A stretch of DNA of 62,212 bases, filler included, from Gonapodya sp. JEL0774 (GCA_027604505.1; 30 parts of 30 records of this genome joined end to end with filler, not necessarily neighbours in it); one strand, 5' to 3'. Shown: positions 24,993-37,461, numbered from the whole stretch's first letter. Notes: a model not told the origin generated them from the sequence alone. Numbers and translations are program-made.

Positions 24993-25626
24993 TGGGAGGA
25001 CCACTATGTGAGGAGGGCGGAGGAGGTGTTCAGGGAAACATTCGATAAGTATTATGCTGTCCCGTTCATTGCGCAGGAGGCTGGCGGACAGGACAGCAGC
25101 GACTTTTTTGAGGAAGACGAGGAGGAGGTTCGAGGGGAGGTGGACCGGTACCTGGAGGAGGCCAGACGGCCTCGGAAGACAGACCCGCTCGCATTCTGGA
25201 AGGGGCGGGACGACCTCCCAGGACTCCAAAGGATGGCACGGGACCATTTAGGAATCCCAGGGACGAGCGCGGAGTCAGAACGGGTGTTTTCGGACGCGCG
25301 GAACGTGATTGGGGACAAGAGGGCCTCGTTGGGGACGGAGATGATTAGGAATCTAATGTTACTTAAAAGGTGGAAAAGGCAAATGCCCTCGCTAGCATGT
25401 AAGTAGCTATAAAATAAAGTTTTCCGACTCCCGCGCAGTTCCCCAAACCGCCAGCAAGCAGGCTCATACAAATAATACTGACGAGTATACTTGCGGGTAC
25501 ACCCGCCAAGTACGAGTAGAGTCTCGGTATTTCCAGGTGAGTACAAGTCCATCAATCACGTAACCTTAACGAGTACAAGTATAGGCTGAAATGGCGAGTA
25601 ACCCACTCGTCCACGGTTTTACCCTA
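24993..25626 (+). mobile_element. hAT DNA transposon 3' end: transposase dimerisation domain (to 25406), subterminal repeats and a TIR ending CCCTA
   Basis: EVDRYL..DPLAFWK..PGLQRMARDHLGIPGTSAESERVFSDARNVIGDKRASL; repeated (AC)GAGTA motifs at 25480-25610. Confidence 0.92.
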
Positions 25627-26827
25627 GAGGGGCTTCAAAATCCTCGAAGGAAGAGACTGAAGCTTCCCCGAAACAGATGGTAGGTGAAGTTTTTAATTCC
25701 TTGGTACGTTGCTAACATGTGTTATTTAGAAACAACGTGAGAGTCAGAAGCTCATAAATCCCGTTGCCCTCCCCACCACCCATCTCGTGGAACCCAATCA
25801 ACTCAAGGCAGTGCTTATGGCATTCGTGACTGAACAAGGTGCAAATCATTCGGTTTTCATATCAGATTTCCCTTACCCTGAAGATGCGGACAAATCGAGA
25901 CTGGTGAGTGTTGTGTGTGGGTTATTTCAATGTATTATTAACACTAATGTTCCTGAAGTCTTTGAACCCGAGATTACAAGCGAAACTGCGTGGAATCCAA
26001 CTCATTGCACTTAACACGGTGGGGTACTCATTGAGGTAAGTGGTCTGTTCTTTTGTAATATCACACATTACTGATACATGTTCATCAGCGAATTGACATG
26101 TCCAAGTTTGCTGCTATGAAGACTGACTATTTGACTGCTGGTGCACCCACCTCTGCCACTGTGCACTTCGCTTTCCAGTCTGCCCCCACCTCGAAAGGCA
26201 ACCTTCCTGATGACAGCACCCTGTTTGGGACGCCAGCAACAATGTTATCCACTATGCTGTTACATCTACATCACCAGCGCCACTCAACTGGTCACAGGGG
26301 TTGTCTTCGCATCGCTCATGGGCAAACTCGAATCTCTTCGGCCCATGCACAGTTCCTGATCTCAATGTCGTGGTGAGTTATCTATTGTTGATTAGCCACC
26401 AATTTTCTATTCTCACTTGGTTTTAGTTATTTTTTGACAGAAATATGTGATCCTGTCCCAGTCCAAGAAGGGCGAGAAGAAACTCCCTTATTTCACACGG
26501 CAAACTGCCAGCACACTTTTCATGGAACTTGTCACCCTAGTAAGTAATCCGGGTGATGGAGTTGTACTGCCAAGTATCAGGACAGGAAGCGCTGCTACAG
26601 CTTGTGCCATTCTGGGGCGCACATGCAACGCTTGGGTTTTCGACATCAAACTTTGCAGGAACCTCGAGAAACATTTTCTTGCAATCGATAGTCTGCTACG
26701 GGATGATGCAGGGAAGACATTGGAAAGGTGAGTGTCAGTATTTACATTACATCTCTGGTGTGTGATTTCCCTAACCCACAAATAGATTGATCCAGGACAA
26801 GGATTTTCTACGGTACACCTTGTCCAC
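25627..26827 (+). pseudogene. Spliced, frameshifted beta-class DNA amino-methyltransferase-like relic (N6_N4_Mtase-like)
   Basis: Five GT-AG introns; SVFISDFPY (motif IV-like), AL[K]HGGVLI, SNLF, TRQTASTLFMELVTLVSNPGDGVVLPSIRTGSAATACAILGR (motifs X/I-like). Two frameshifts are needed (~26014 and ~26225). Confidence 0.6.
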
Positions 26828-26969
26828 TAGGTGTGTCAAAAAAATTTTTTCCACCCCCATTGTCAGACCCACCCCCCTGGGGGGTGGAATTTTTTTTCAA
26901 GGGGGTGGACAAAACATGTGAGACCCTAGAGGGTGGGTGGAAAATTTCAAACTACATTGTTGGAAAAAC
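26828..26969 (+). mobile_element. Probable terminus of a second DNA transposon (hAT-like TAGG start)
   Basis: Abrupt switch from exon sequence to TAGGTGTGTC, then homopolymer-rich palindromic subterminal DNA (CCACCCCCCTGGGGGGTGG). Confidence 0.5.
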
Positions 26970-27639
26970 NNNNNNNNNNNNNNNNNNNNNNNNNNNNNNN
27001 NNNNNNNNNNNNNTTAATTAATTAANNNNNNNNNNNNNNNNNNNNNNNNNNNNNNNNNNNNNNNNNNNNCTGTTTTTATGGAGAGAACCCGGTTACCTAA
27101 AGCGGTCATGGAGATGAATATCCCGAATAAATTCTTCAAGCATTGCTATAATTGAGTTGCGTTACTGCGTCATGCAAGCGAATTTAGGCATGTTCCTTTG
27201 GATCAGACCAGGAACAGCGGATACGGCGCTGAGTCACTCGCTCCCACGTCCAGTGAAGGGGCGCGTTTTTGTATGATTTGAGGCATGCTATTGAGCATGA
27301 TATACCAATTATGTAAAGCCAATGCAGAAACGTACAGGCAAGGAATGAAGGGGGAACGAACTACGTGTGTAAGATACATACATGTTCATGAAACGAGGAA
27401 TGACAATTCAACAACAGGCGGGCTGAAGGCAACTGCTTGATACCTGAAGGTTTAGTAAGAAAGTCCAGATATTTGACTCGTTTTCACCTTTTCTTGGTAC
27501 CTTTTGGAAGCAGACTTTTCAGCAAGATCGAGGTAGTGGGAATTGGCGGATCATGGATGGATTTAGTTCCCATGAGCACTCACGCTCGCGGAGAACAACC
27601 ACATCAACAGACTAACACCAATGTAGAAGCGCGCAGGTG

Positions 27640-28625
27640 TCAGAATGATCGGGGAACAAACGGGCGCGTTGGATGGTGGAGGTCAAGCTCGCTTCCCCGA
27701 AGAAATTCCGTACTCGAACTTGACGAACAACTGCTTATCTGAAATGGTATGCCAGGATATAATAATAATGCCACACGGATTTCCCAAACTAGTGCGCAGC
27801 CTCCCTAATAATCGTGATTAGCGATTCACACATGTAACGAATCTACCACGGGTCTCTCATACACGCGCATAGACATGCAATGACGATGATAATAAGAGGA
27901 GAGCAAAAAAGTACGTATCTGAAGTAAGAGTGACGACTCAGAGAGTCTACAACCATGATCAAAGAAGTTATCAATGTCCAATCAACTCACACGTAAGGTG
28001 GTCTTGGGCAGCTACAGTAGTCACTGTCACAGATTGACGATCGCAATTGGCACGATTTCGGATAGTTTCCCTCGCATGTGAACAAGTCGGTCCCTGACAC
28101 ATTACACTGCACAAGATTCGGAGGAAAGAGTCCGTCGACATTGGCGTGGAAACTATGTACCGTGCTCGCGAGATTCACTTCGGTGAGATTTGCATTGGAA
28201 GCGAGGGGGTTTGCGAAGCCAGTAAGCAGCTCGTTTCCAGACAGATCCAGCACCGTGAGATCGATCATTTTGGAAAGGTTAGGAACGATGCCGATGAGGG
28301 CATTGCCTGCTAAGCGTAATATCCGCAATCGTGAGACATTCGCCAGCGATTCCGGCAATTCTCCGTTAAGTGATTGATCCGAGAGGTCTACCACAGTGAT
28401 TCGATTGTCACTACATTCCAGGCGAAAAGACGAGGAGTTGCGCGAGAATAAGCTACAGCAGTGTCCACTATCCCAAGACAATGTTCGACCCGATTGAAGC
28501 AGGAGCTGCTCGAACGGGGCACAATCGGGTGATGTTGCAGAGACAGGCTGGGCGAGTGAAGGATTTTCGATCCAATAGAGCACGGATAGAAAGGCAAGAA
28601 ACGGGATTTGATTGATTCGCGTCAT
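27640..28625 (-). CDS. Extracellular plant-type LRR receptor-like protein (signal peptide, Cys cap, LRRs, one TM helix, short tail)
   Basis: CSDNRITVVDLSDQSLNGELPESLANVSRLRILRLAGNALIGIVP; downstream exon YVLFCSPLIIIVIACLCAC. The 3' end is uncertain. Confidence 0.8.
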
Positions 28626-29146
28626 GTAGAATGAAGGGTCTCCGACTCCCACTGTTCAATTTATGTGCCCATGGCCACAGCATCAACGGCGGCACGTGCC
28701 TTAGTCCCTATCAGACAACCACAAGCGGTTTCAACATCAAACGAACTTAACTTATTTGTAACTTATTTTCAGCACTTAGGGTGGCTCCCGCATGGTACAT
28801 TTCTCCATTGTTCCCGTGCGCAGAAGAATTTGTCAATTTATTGATCACAAAACCTGCATTTGAAAAGCATCCTCGTGTAGTATGTCATAGTAAAGAGAAT
28901 GATTCGAAAGCAATGAATCGAATTCAGGTATATATCATTAGCATCGATTGCCGCTGCACGTCACACCGCGCGGTGCATTCAGCGCTTCGGTCTATGGTGG
29001 ACAGCAACACATCCAGAACACACAATATATCCAGAGGATCAAAAATNNNNNNNNNNNNNNNNNNNNNNNNNNNNNNNNNNNNNNNNNNNNTTAATTAATT
29101 AANNNNNNNNNNNNNNNNNNNNNNNNNNNNNNNNNNNNNNNNNNNN

Positions 29147-29328
29147 TGGTAAAACTGTGGTTAAAATTGTACTTAACCATGGCATAACCATGGGAATACC
29201 CAGGATGGTTATGACAGGGTGGTTTTTTTGTGGTTATTTGGCATAACCATACCATGGTTAAGGCCCCGACAGTCCCAGTGTGGGACGTTTGAGTGTGGGA
29301 AAAATTGCGAGTCCCAAGTATCCCCCCC
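29147..29328 (-). mobile_element. Probable DNA-transposon terminus (GGGG-starting end, ACCATGG/TGGGA subterminal motifs)
   Basis: Repeated short motifs and a sharp junction that interrupts the neighbouring ORF. Confidence 0.45.
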
Positions 29329-30720
29329 AACAGGAGTGACTCTACGTTGAAGCCAACTGCCCAAAGGTGGCTGCTTGAGTTGCGCTTGTAAGGGTGTCGG
29401 TGCTTCAGACGCTGCGTGTGTCGATGAAGGTGCCAGTGTTTGCACCACGGACGTGGACGCTGTAGCCTGCTGTGATGTAGGCCCGAGATGTCTGGGACAG
29501 GAGGGGATACTTGTGTGTGTGGTAACGGGGGTGGCAGTGGAGGAGCAAATCACATGAGGGATTGTAACAGATGGTTTGGGGAGTGGTGGTGTTGGTGCCT
29601 GCGTGACTTTCATTACACCAGAAGGCTGGAGCAGGATCCCTATCATATCCCCCCCACTGATAGGACTTTGCCTGCCAGTCACAAGACAGAGATTGTCAGG
29701 TTTGCTGTCATGCTGTGGTGCAAGAGCAGTCACATGGGAGTGCATGAAAATCTGAATTCATGATGTGCATTAAAATGGCTAGTCGAACGTACCTGAGTGA
29801 ACTCATTCACTGCATAACAGAAGTGACGTTCCACCAATCACGGCACCTGTCCCAGCAACACTTCCATCGTGGCCCATTCCAACAGCTCGTAAAGGATGAT
29901 CCAGCATTGAACCGGTGGGAGGGATGGGGGATGACGTCAAGGTGTGCGGTGATGCCAAAGTGAGGGAGGTGCTGCTGGTGTAACAGGCTTGCTGCCGGCA
30001 CCGTCTGTGGACGATTTCTGACTCCTCACATTTTCTTTTCTCGGCCTTCCAGCGCCTACCCGTGGGCCTTCTTTTGCCTTTTGATTTGTGTGGTTGGTTG
30101 AACCAACTTTTGGTCCGGGTTTCTTTCCATGGGCTTCACTGCGTTTGGGGGGCATTGATAGAGGGAAAATATCATCCAAATAATGGATGTGCCGGGCGAC
30201 GCTGGTACCTAGTGATTGTTGTCTACTGGATTACGTTGCTGAAAACGTTTGTGACAATGCAGAGGCTTTGAAAACAAAAACCCCAAGGCACAAGCCCGAA
30301 AACCAATCAAACGTTGTGAATATATAGAACTTTGAATTGCTCACCTCGAACAACCCAAATTGCCGCTGATTCTTGCGATATGGGTAGTCGACTGATTGCG
30401 GTTGGTACCGTCGTATTCTCTCAATTCCACTTGATTTCCCACAGCTACACGCCCAACCAGCCAATTCAGCTTCGTTTTCGCGGTTTCAATTCCCGAATGC
30501 GCCGGTGGAGTGAGGGTGATGGTGGGCGATGGGAACAGCGACACGAGTGCCCACGAAGGCGATGGAGATGCGAGAGAGGCTGGAGAGTCCGCACGACTGA
30601 CCAATCAGTCGAAACGAAGGAAATACGCGCGATACAGGGGCTCGGGGGCAAAGTTGTGGATTTTTGGAGTGTATTTTTCGATAAAGCTTTCAGCGCTTCA
30701 ATAACTCCACACCGTTGGTG
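29329..30720 (-). mobile_element. Probable DNA transposon 5' part (starts CACCAACGGTG) with a decayed AT-hook-containing ORF, inserted in a Gypsy integrase
   Basis: The integrase frame begins abruptly at ~30721; ORF MPPKRSEAHGKKPGPK..GAGRPRK; CAC-type terminus. Superfamily not determinable. Confidence 0.45.
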
Positions 30721-31122
30721 AGACTGCCAACCAATCGGATTGGGACAAACCACTACGGTCCATCATGTTTGCCTATTTATCACGTGTTCACTCTACGACG
30801 GGTGATACTCCATTTTTCTTGGCAATGGGACATGATCTGCGTATGCCGACAGGCGTTATGTATGGCCTGTCACATCGAGATCGCAGATTGAATGTTGAGT
30901 ATGATCTTGAGCCTCACTTGCCAATCTCTGCGATGTTGTCAAAAGCATATTCAGCACTTCGTGAGCGCTTAGTGAAGTCCGCTGAAAAGCGTAAATTGAT
31001 CTATGATGCAAAGCATCTTGACACTCATTTTGGGCCTGAGAATATTGTGATGGTATACTACGAAGAAGCCCACCGCGAGGGCAAAAGTACCAAATTGATA
31101 TCACGATGGATTGGTCCTTATC
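30721..31122 (+). mobile_element. Ty3/Gypsy LTR retrotransposon integrase, C-terminal part
   Basis: NQSDWDKPLRSIMFAYLSRVHSTTGDTPFFLAMG..KLIYD..KLISRWIGPY (GPY/F motif). Confidence 0.9.
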
Positions 31123-31331
31123 NNNNNNNNNNNNNNNNNNNNNNNNNNNNNNNNNNNNNNNNNNNNTTAATTAATTAANNNNNNNNNNNNNNNNNNNNNN
31201 NNNNNNNNNNNNNNNNNNNNNNGTCCATGCACTAGTTCCACTAGTTCAGCTCCAACGCATTCCACCTGCATCAATTCCAGCCCGTCAGCATCCACTTGAC
31301 CCACAACGCTGCACCGTTCGCCTTCTCCTCC

Positions 31332-33197
31332 ATGTCCGCTCCTCCACTTTCCTCAAGCAGATTCGCTCCCCTGGCAATGGTCGGACTCCCATCAACCCTC
31401 AACTCCCAACACCCTTCCACTCCACTGTCTCATCCCCACATGGACCCAAACCTCCAATCCGGTCATTCCACTTTCGACTTTGCCCGCACTCTCTGGACCC
31501 ACGGTGCCCCACACGTCCCCGACTTTTCCGCCAGCGCGGCAGGTGGAAACCCGTACTGGACATCATACCTCGGCCTGTCTGCCACGACGTCGCACAATTT
31601 ATTCGCAGGAGTGGACGGATTCGGTTCCTCCACACTCCCCGCCTCTGCACCGCCTCCTCTCCCACCACACCCTCCGCCGTCCCTCACTTTCGACCCACAC
31701 CACACCCTTCTCTCCCTCAATACCACCGGCCCATACGAACCCTCCGAGAGCACTCCCGCACCGTCCGCGCCGGGTTCTGGTCCCGTCCCGTCCCGCAAAC
31801 ACACGCGCCGACAACGAGATGATGACCTCGACGGGTCTGCAGCTGTGAGCTCCTCCAACCGCCCAAAGAAACCCAAACTAGCACCTTCCGCCCCTTCCTC
31901 TCCCGCACCCTCACCAGCCATCCTCGATCAGGCCACTGACGCGGCCACCGCCTCCGACTCTGGCGCTCACGAGGCGGACCAAGACGCGGTAACCACTCCT
32001 TCTGGCGCATCCGAGTTCGTAAGCAAACTGTACCGGTACGTTGTGATCTGACATCTCCCCGGTCCCCGCAGCTCTGCTGTTTGTTTACCGCATGCCCTCG
32101 TACTCTCACGTAACCCTCCCCTCAAGCATGCTCTCCATCCCCACCCCGTCGCCGGCATCCACTCCCTTCGCCCTCTGGACCCCCCCGGGGACCTCCTTCC
32201 TCGTCACCGACAGTTCCAACTTCACCACCCACGTCCTCCCCGTCCACTTCTCCCACAACAACTTCTCGAGCTTCGTGAGGCAGTTGAACAAGTATGGGTT
32301 CAGGAAGGTCAAGGGGGAGGATGGGTGGGCGGGGGGGTATGGAGCCCAGGTGGGTTGTGGTGGATGGTTCGGGATGTGACGTGGGAACGTCGTGCACAAC
32401 AAAATGTCGGGGCATGTGAAACTTTGAGTGGGCCGAATGGGAGGCGGAAAGTTTTGGGTGGTCCACGAGAGCAATTGTATCGGCGTTAGGGAACGGCGGT
32501 TCAGCAAATGGGCACGAACCGGAACCATTCTGAATCCAACCCTGACTTATAACCCAACCCACCCCCTGCCCACGCCGCCCCAGGCCTGGGAATTCCACCA
32601 CCCCAACTTCCGCCGCGGCCGCGCAGACCTCCTCGATCTCATCAAGCGGAAATTACCGCCGTCCAAGAGCCGCGCGGGCGGGGAGGGCAAGGGGAAGGGC
32701 GCCGGAATTACCGGGAACGAAACCAGTACCGAGGCCGTGGCTGAAACGACGGCAGGGGGAGGCACCACGACCAGGCCGTCTTCGGTGGTGCTAACCCACA
32801 CCGTACCCCTGCCGGTGGACCAGCACCCCACCGGCCCCCTCGCACCTCCCGCCGTGCCCTCCCTCGCCGCGTCCGCCCTCGCTGGCCCCATTCATCTTCC
32901 CCACCACACACCATCTGCCCACGGCGACTCCACCCTCGCCATCTCCGTCCCCGCAGCCCACCTAGCCGCCATGTCCACCCAGATCACCGTCCTGCACGCC
33001 CGATGTGCGGAGCTGGACGCGGTGGTGCGGGGATTGGCCAGGGGGTACGAGGAGCTCAGACAGGTGGTGTGGGCTGTGATGGGAGGCAAGGGCGAGGGCG
33101 GTGGAGGTGGTGGTGGTGCGGGAAGACCAGGCCAGCAGGGTGAGGCTCAGGTGTACAGGATGGTGGATCCACCCGCCAGGACCGTGTCGCCGGCCCC
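31332..33197 (+). CDS. HSF-type transcription factor, 3'-truncated
   Basis: [47 protein letters not shown]..|[23 protein letters not shown], then a coiled coil. Confidence 0.93.
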
Positions 33198-33691
33198 NNN
33201 NNNNNNNNNNNNNNNNNNNNNNNNNNNNNNNNNNNNNNNNNTTAATTAATTAANNNNNNNNNNNNNNNNNNNNNNNNNNNNNNNNNNNNNNNNNNNNAAT
33301 ACATTATGTTCTAGAATTATTGCTACTCAGGAGCAAGGCGAAGTCTGCTACTTTGAGAAGACAGTGCCCCCACCGCAAAATCGCGAGTTCTCGGTCTCAG
33401 CTTGGAGACTCACCTAGCAGACCTCTTATTAGGTTTCTGGATTGCCAAGTCACCGAGATGCACTCAGAGTAAGAGAGTCGTGCTACAATCGTAATCCTCG
33501 TTCTTTGGGTACCGCGACTGTGTGAGTTTCAGCATCACTTTGCACCGCCAGGTTCCAACAAGTAGAAGCAACTTCGCCAAAACAAAGAGCAACAACGGAC
33601 ACAACAGATGAAATGGCGCTCCCTCAAACAAATACAAGTCTTATAATCTACTCAGCTTTCACATCGCACTCATAGTCTTATACACATTCCA

Positions 33692-34235
33692 ATGGCAGAC
33701 ACAATGGCCGCATCAGCACCTGATCTCACTTCCAACTCCTCTGGAAGCCCCACCACAGTCCTTGGCATGAAAGTACCGGAAGGAGTCAGTATGCCTGGAT
33801 GGGACAAGGCTACCGAGGCAGTCAACAAAGTCCGGGAAGCCGCAGCAGGAGCGAAAGAGAACAAGGAGACAGCACTCCGGATGACTGATAGATGTCAATT
33901 TTTGCTACAAGTTCTGCGAGAGACATTACAGGGAGAATCCGGAAATAAATTGGAGGGGGTCATCAAGGCGAGGGCCGAATCATTTGTTGGGTGAGAATTG
34001 AAGTGGTTCAGATCACGTGCAATTCCCCCAATGTCTTTCTCATAATGCTTTGTGCTGCCGTGGTTCCAGCCTCCTCGGCGAGATTCTAAGCTTCCTCGAA
34101 GAGTCCAAAGTGAAGCCAAAATGGTCTCGTATGTTCTATCAGGCGAAAATTCGGGATGCTATGATCGAGTACGAGGCACAAGTGGATAGGTTCTGCAGAG
34201 ATATGACACTCGCTCTCGCTCTCGCCAAGAACTAG
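33692..34235 (+). CDS. Small stand-alone MLKL-N-terminal-like four-helix-bundle protein (2 exons, intron 33991-34069)
   Basis: VNKVREAAAGAKENKETALRMTDRCQFLLQVL..G|LLGEILSFLEE..KWSRMFYQAKIRDAMIEYEAQVD; complete ATG to TAG. Confidence 0.62.
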
Positions 34236-34463
34236 GGATTGGAGGCGAATACTTCTTACTTAATTTGTTTTCTTAAGCAATAAATGATACCATTGCACCA
34301 CTGCATACAAACCATTTGCTCCCTCCAGTTGTTATGATTTGGCGACTCAATGTCATCACAAGTACGCTCGTCTCAATTCTCAGATAAGAGCTAAATATAG
34401 TTAAGAATCTAATCACATTCCAAGAAATGACAAACGACTACATGACGGCCATCCAAGTAACCT

Positions 34464-35272
34464 TCACTTCCCACAGCTTGTCGTCCGGAACCCTCCGCAG
34501 ATTTGGTTCCATGCAACAAGACCACCGACAATAATGAGAATTATGATGCAAATGAGGAGGTACCACATTTTCTGGAACGTAATATGCTTGTCAGAAGATT
34601 CAGAGAAGATGTCAAACCCGCTCTCCAACTCACCCTCCTAGTGCTCTTCCTAATCTCCTTCGCTTGCACTACCTCTTGAGCACCCTCTTTAATGTCCTCC
34701 ACTGCCACGTCAATCCTCTCCTCCACGTGCGTCAACTGTTCATCCTGGCTCGCCAACAAGACCTGCAGGTCTTGGAACGCCTGCGCCAGCTCACCGATAG
34801 AGCTCTCCAAACGACGCATCGCGTCAGCGTCGCTTTGTGCGGCGCTAAGCTGTTGGCGGGACTGGCTCAGCATAGACTGAGCAAAGATGGAGGTTTGCGA
34901 GTTGGGGTTGGTGAGGAAGCTGTCGACTTGCGCTTCGAGCTCCCGTTCGGTCGACATAGGATTTACTGAAGCAATCGTGACAAGTTCCGTTCAACCGAGA
35001 GAAAAGTTGGCCAGCACAAGGCAGGCGAACTCACCGATACGGTATTGCCTCTTGATCCGTTCCCGGTACTTCTCCCTGAATTGGCTTTCCGCCCCACGGA
35101 ATCTCTGTAGCGACGATTGAAGGTTCGTAATCAACCTCTTCTGCTGTTGAATGCGGGCTGTACGGTCGCTCCGTGTCAGAGTTCGGTCGGATTTAGTTTC
35201 TGTATCGAGACGCCCAATCAACTTTCGAGCACGCTGGAGACGGGCCTCAATGGCCTGAGTGACATCGGAGAT
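34464..35272 (-). CDS. Plasma-membrane syntaxin (Sso1/Stx1-like Qa-SNARE), 5'-truncated
   Basis: YRERIKRQYRI|VNP; SNARE motif MRRLESSIGELAQAFQDLQVLLASQ; C-terminal TM KMWYLLICIIILIIVGG. Confidence 0.9.
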
Positions 35273-35372
35273 NNNNNNNNNNNNNNNNNNNNNNNNNNNN
35301 NNNNNNNNNNNNNNNNTTAATTAATTAANNNNNNNNNNNNNNNNNNNNNNNNNNNNNNNNNNNNNNNNNNNN

Positions 35373-36672
35373 CAGGGTACCCAGAGTGTTCGGCCATGAG
35401 ATCATTTGAAATATCGTCGCACTGGGAACCCATACCCCACCCAGGTTCCAGATTGATCAAACTGTTGGTGTGGGATGGTGAGATCTTCTGGATTCTGATT
35501 TAGATCTTTGTGTTTGTTAATTGTTCTCACATCAACACCGTGTGGTGACCGTTTCCAATAAAATTCAGGACTTTGGGCTGGGACGGAATATGCCCAGCAT
35601 GTCTGGACGGCCTAGTCAGCAGCTGTCCCAACACCCGGATCACTGGTATCCATGTACATTCTGTTCGAAGGTATGACATGATCCGCCACTGACACGGACA
35701 AATCTAACTTTTCACACTCAGGCCGACGGTGGACACGCCGAATTCGTCGCCATTCCGGACAATGCCGTCGCGATTATGCCTGACGGAATCGTTTTCGCCA
35801 AATCCGCTCCTCTTATGTGTGGAGGTGTGACCGTCTTCAACGGATTGAGGAACACGATGTGCGGCCCGGAGATGTGGTGGCGGTGGAGGGCGTGGGAGGG
35901 TGAGTAACGATTGGGATTGCGGCAGAAGGGGAATATGCTGAACTGGATTGAGCGCTTCCAGACTCGGTCATCTTGGCATTCAGCTCGCTGTGAAAGCTGG
36001 TTACCACAATATCGCAATCTCTGGATCTGACGCCAAGCGCGATCTCGCTTTGAAACTCGGAGAACACTCCTACATTGACTCATCCAAGCAAGATCCGGTC
36101 GCGGAGCTCAAGAAACTGGGTGGAGCAAAGATACGTTTTTAGAACTATCTTTACATAAGACATTCTTTGCGTTGCCGAACCGGACGCCTGTAAACCCAAT
36201 AAGGTCATTTTGGTGACCGCTCCGGAACCTGAGCTAATCCATCAGCTGGTTCGTGGACTCGGTTGGAAAGGGACCATGCACGTAGTTGCAGTTGTACATC
36301 AAGACATTAAAATCAACATGATGGTGCTCCTCAAGAATTGGGCTAAGGTCAGTTGTCCGAAACACCGAGATTTTTTGTTTTTGCATACACGACCGCCTGT
36401 CCTTGGACCACTTCGTGGCGCACCAGTTCACTTATTGGGCGAACGCAAGTTCGAGATCTAGAAGAGACAATCAAGTTCGCACAGCTCACGGGTGTCGAGA
36501 CTACGGTCGAGGCTTTCAAACTGGATCAAAATCAGGAGGCGTATGGAAAAATGATGGTGAGAGTTTGTTTTCGTTGAATGTTGCAACGCCCAAATGATGA
36601 TAGAACACCTAATATGGACATTTACAGGAAAGCAACGTGCGCTTCCTCGCTGTTCTCACTTTTGACGGCTAG
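35373..36672 (+). pseudogene. Zinc-dependent (MDR) alcohol dehydrogenase, apparently disabled
   Basis: PRVFGHE, DGGHAEF, APLMCGGVTVFNGLR, GVGG|LGHLGIQLA; in-frame TGA at 35407-35409 where Gly is expected, plus a frameshift near 35852. Confidence 0.75.
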
Positions 36673-36852
36673 ATTAGAAGACCATGATATGAACATTGTT
36701 CTAGGTGTACGTTCGGATCGTATGTTCAAAATCGTGTTCCTCTCAGTCACACAGGATTTCAGATGTATTCTTGTAATTCATTCAGAAAAGAAATCTAACC
36801 ACTTACAACCGAGGAGGCGTGTGTCCAGATCCGACAGGAACACACGAATGAT

Positions 36853-37346
36853 CTATGTACAGCACTTTGCGAACAGCTCCAGAACTTCGCTCCATTCCTG
36901 CTCTCGAGGTCGTGCTACAATCAAAGCTTTCGCGTAAGCTTCTCCTAAGGCAGGACTTTGATCCACAAAGCCATACGACATTCCGTTCTCTAGAAGCACA
37001 CGAACAACTGAGACATCCTCCGCCATCACTGCTGGCATGAGGGTTCGGCCGTAAACTTTCGCTCCGTGATCCAACAAGAGCTTGACACAACTCAAATTAC
37101 CAGCCATCGCTGCCCCAGAGAGAGCTCTTCCACCGCTTGCCTCCACATCCGCTCCCATTGAAAGCAATAGTCGCACAGTGTCTAGGTGACCGTAGAAAGC
37201 TGCGTAATAGAGAGCGTAGTCCTCCTGGAGATGGATGTTGGCCCCATTCTCCAAAAGCAACCGGATCAGGTGGACAGGTCCAACTCTCAGGCTTCGAAAA
37301 AACGCGTCTTCCTGGTTGGAATGGATCTTTGCGCCAAGGCGAAGCA
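36853..37346 (-). CDS. Ankyrin-repeat protein, C-terminal part
   Basis: LLENGANIH..ALYYAAFYGHLDTVRLLLSMGADV..ALSGAAMAGNLSCVKLLLDHGA. Confidence 0.9.
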
Positions 37347-37461
37347 NNNNNNNNNNNNNNNNNNNNNNNNNNNNNNNNNNNNNNNNNNNNTTAATTAATT
37401 AANNNNNNNNNNNNNNNNNNNNNNNNNNNNNNNNNNNNNNNNNNNNGGCCCATCGCCCTCC

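Noticed and set aside
35407..35409. Selenocysteine TGA in the alcohol dehydrogenase
   Set aside because: The position corresponds to Gly, not Cys, and the gene also has a frameshift
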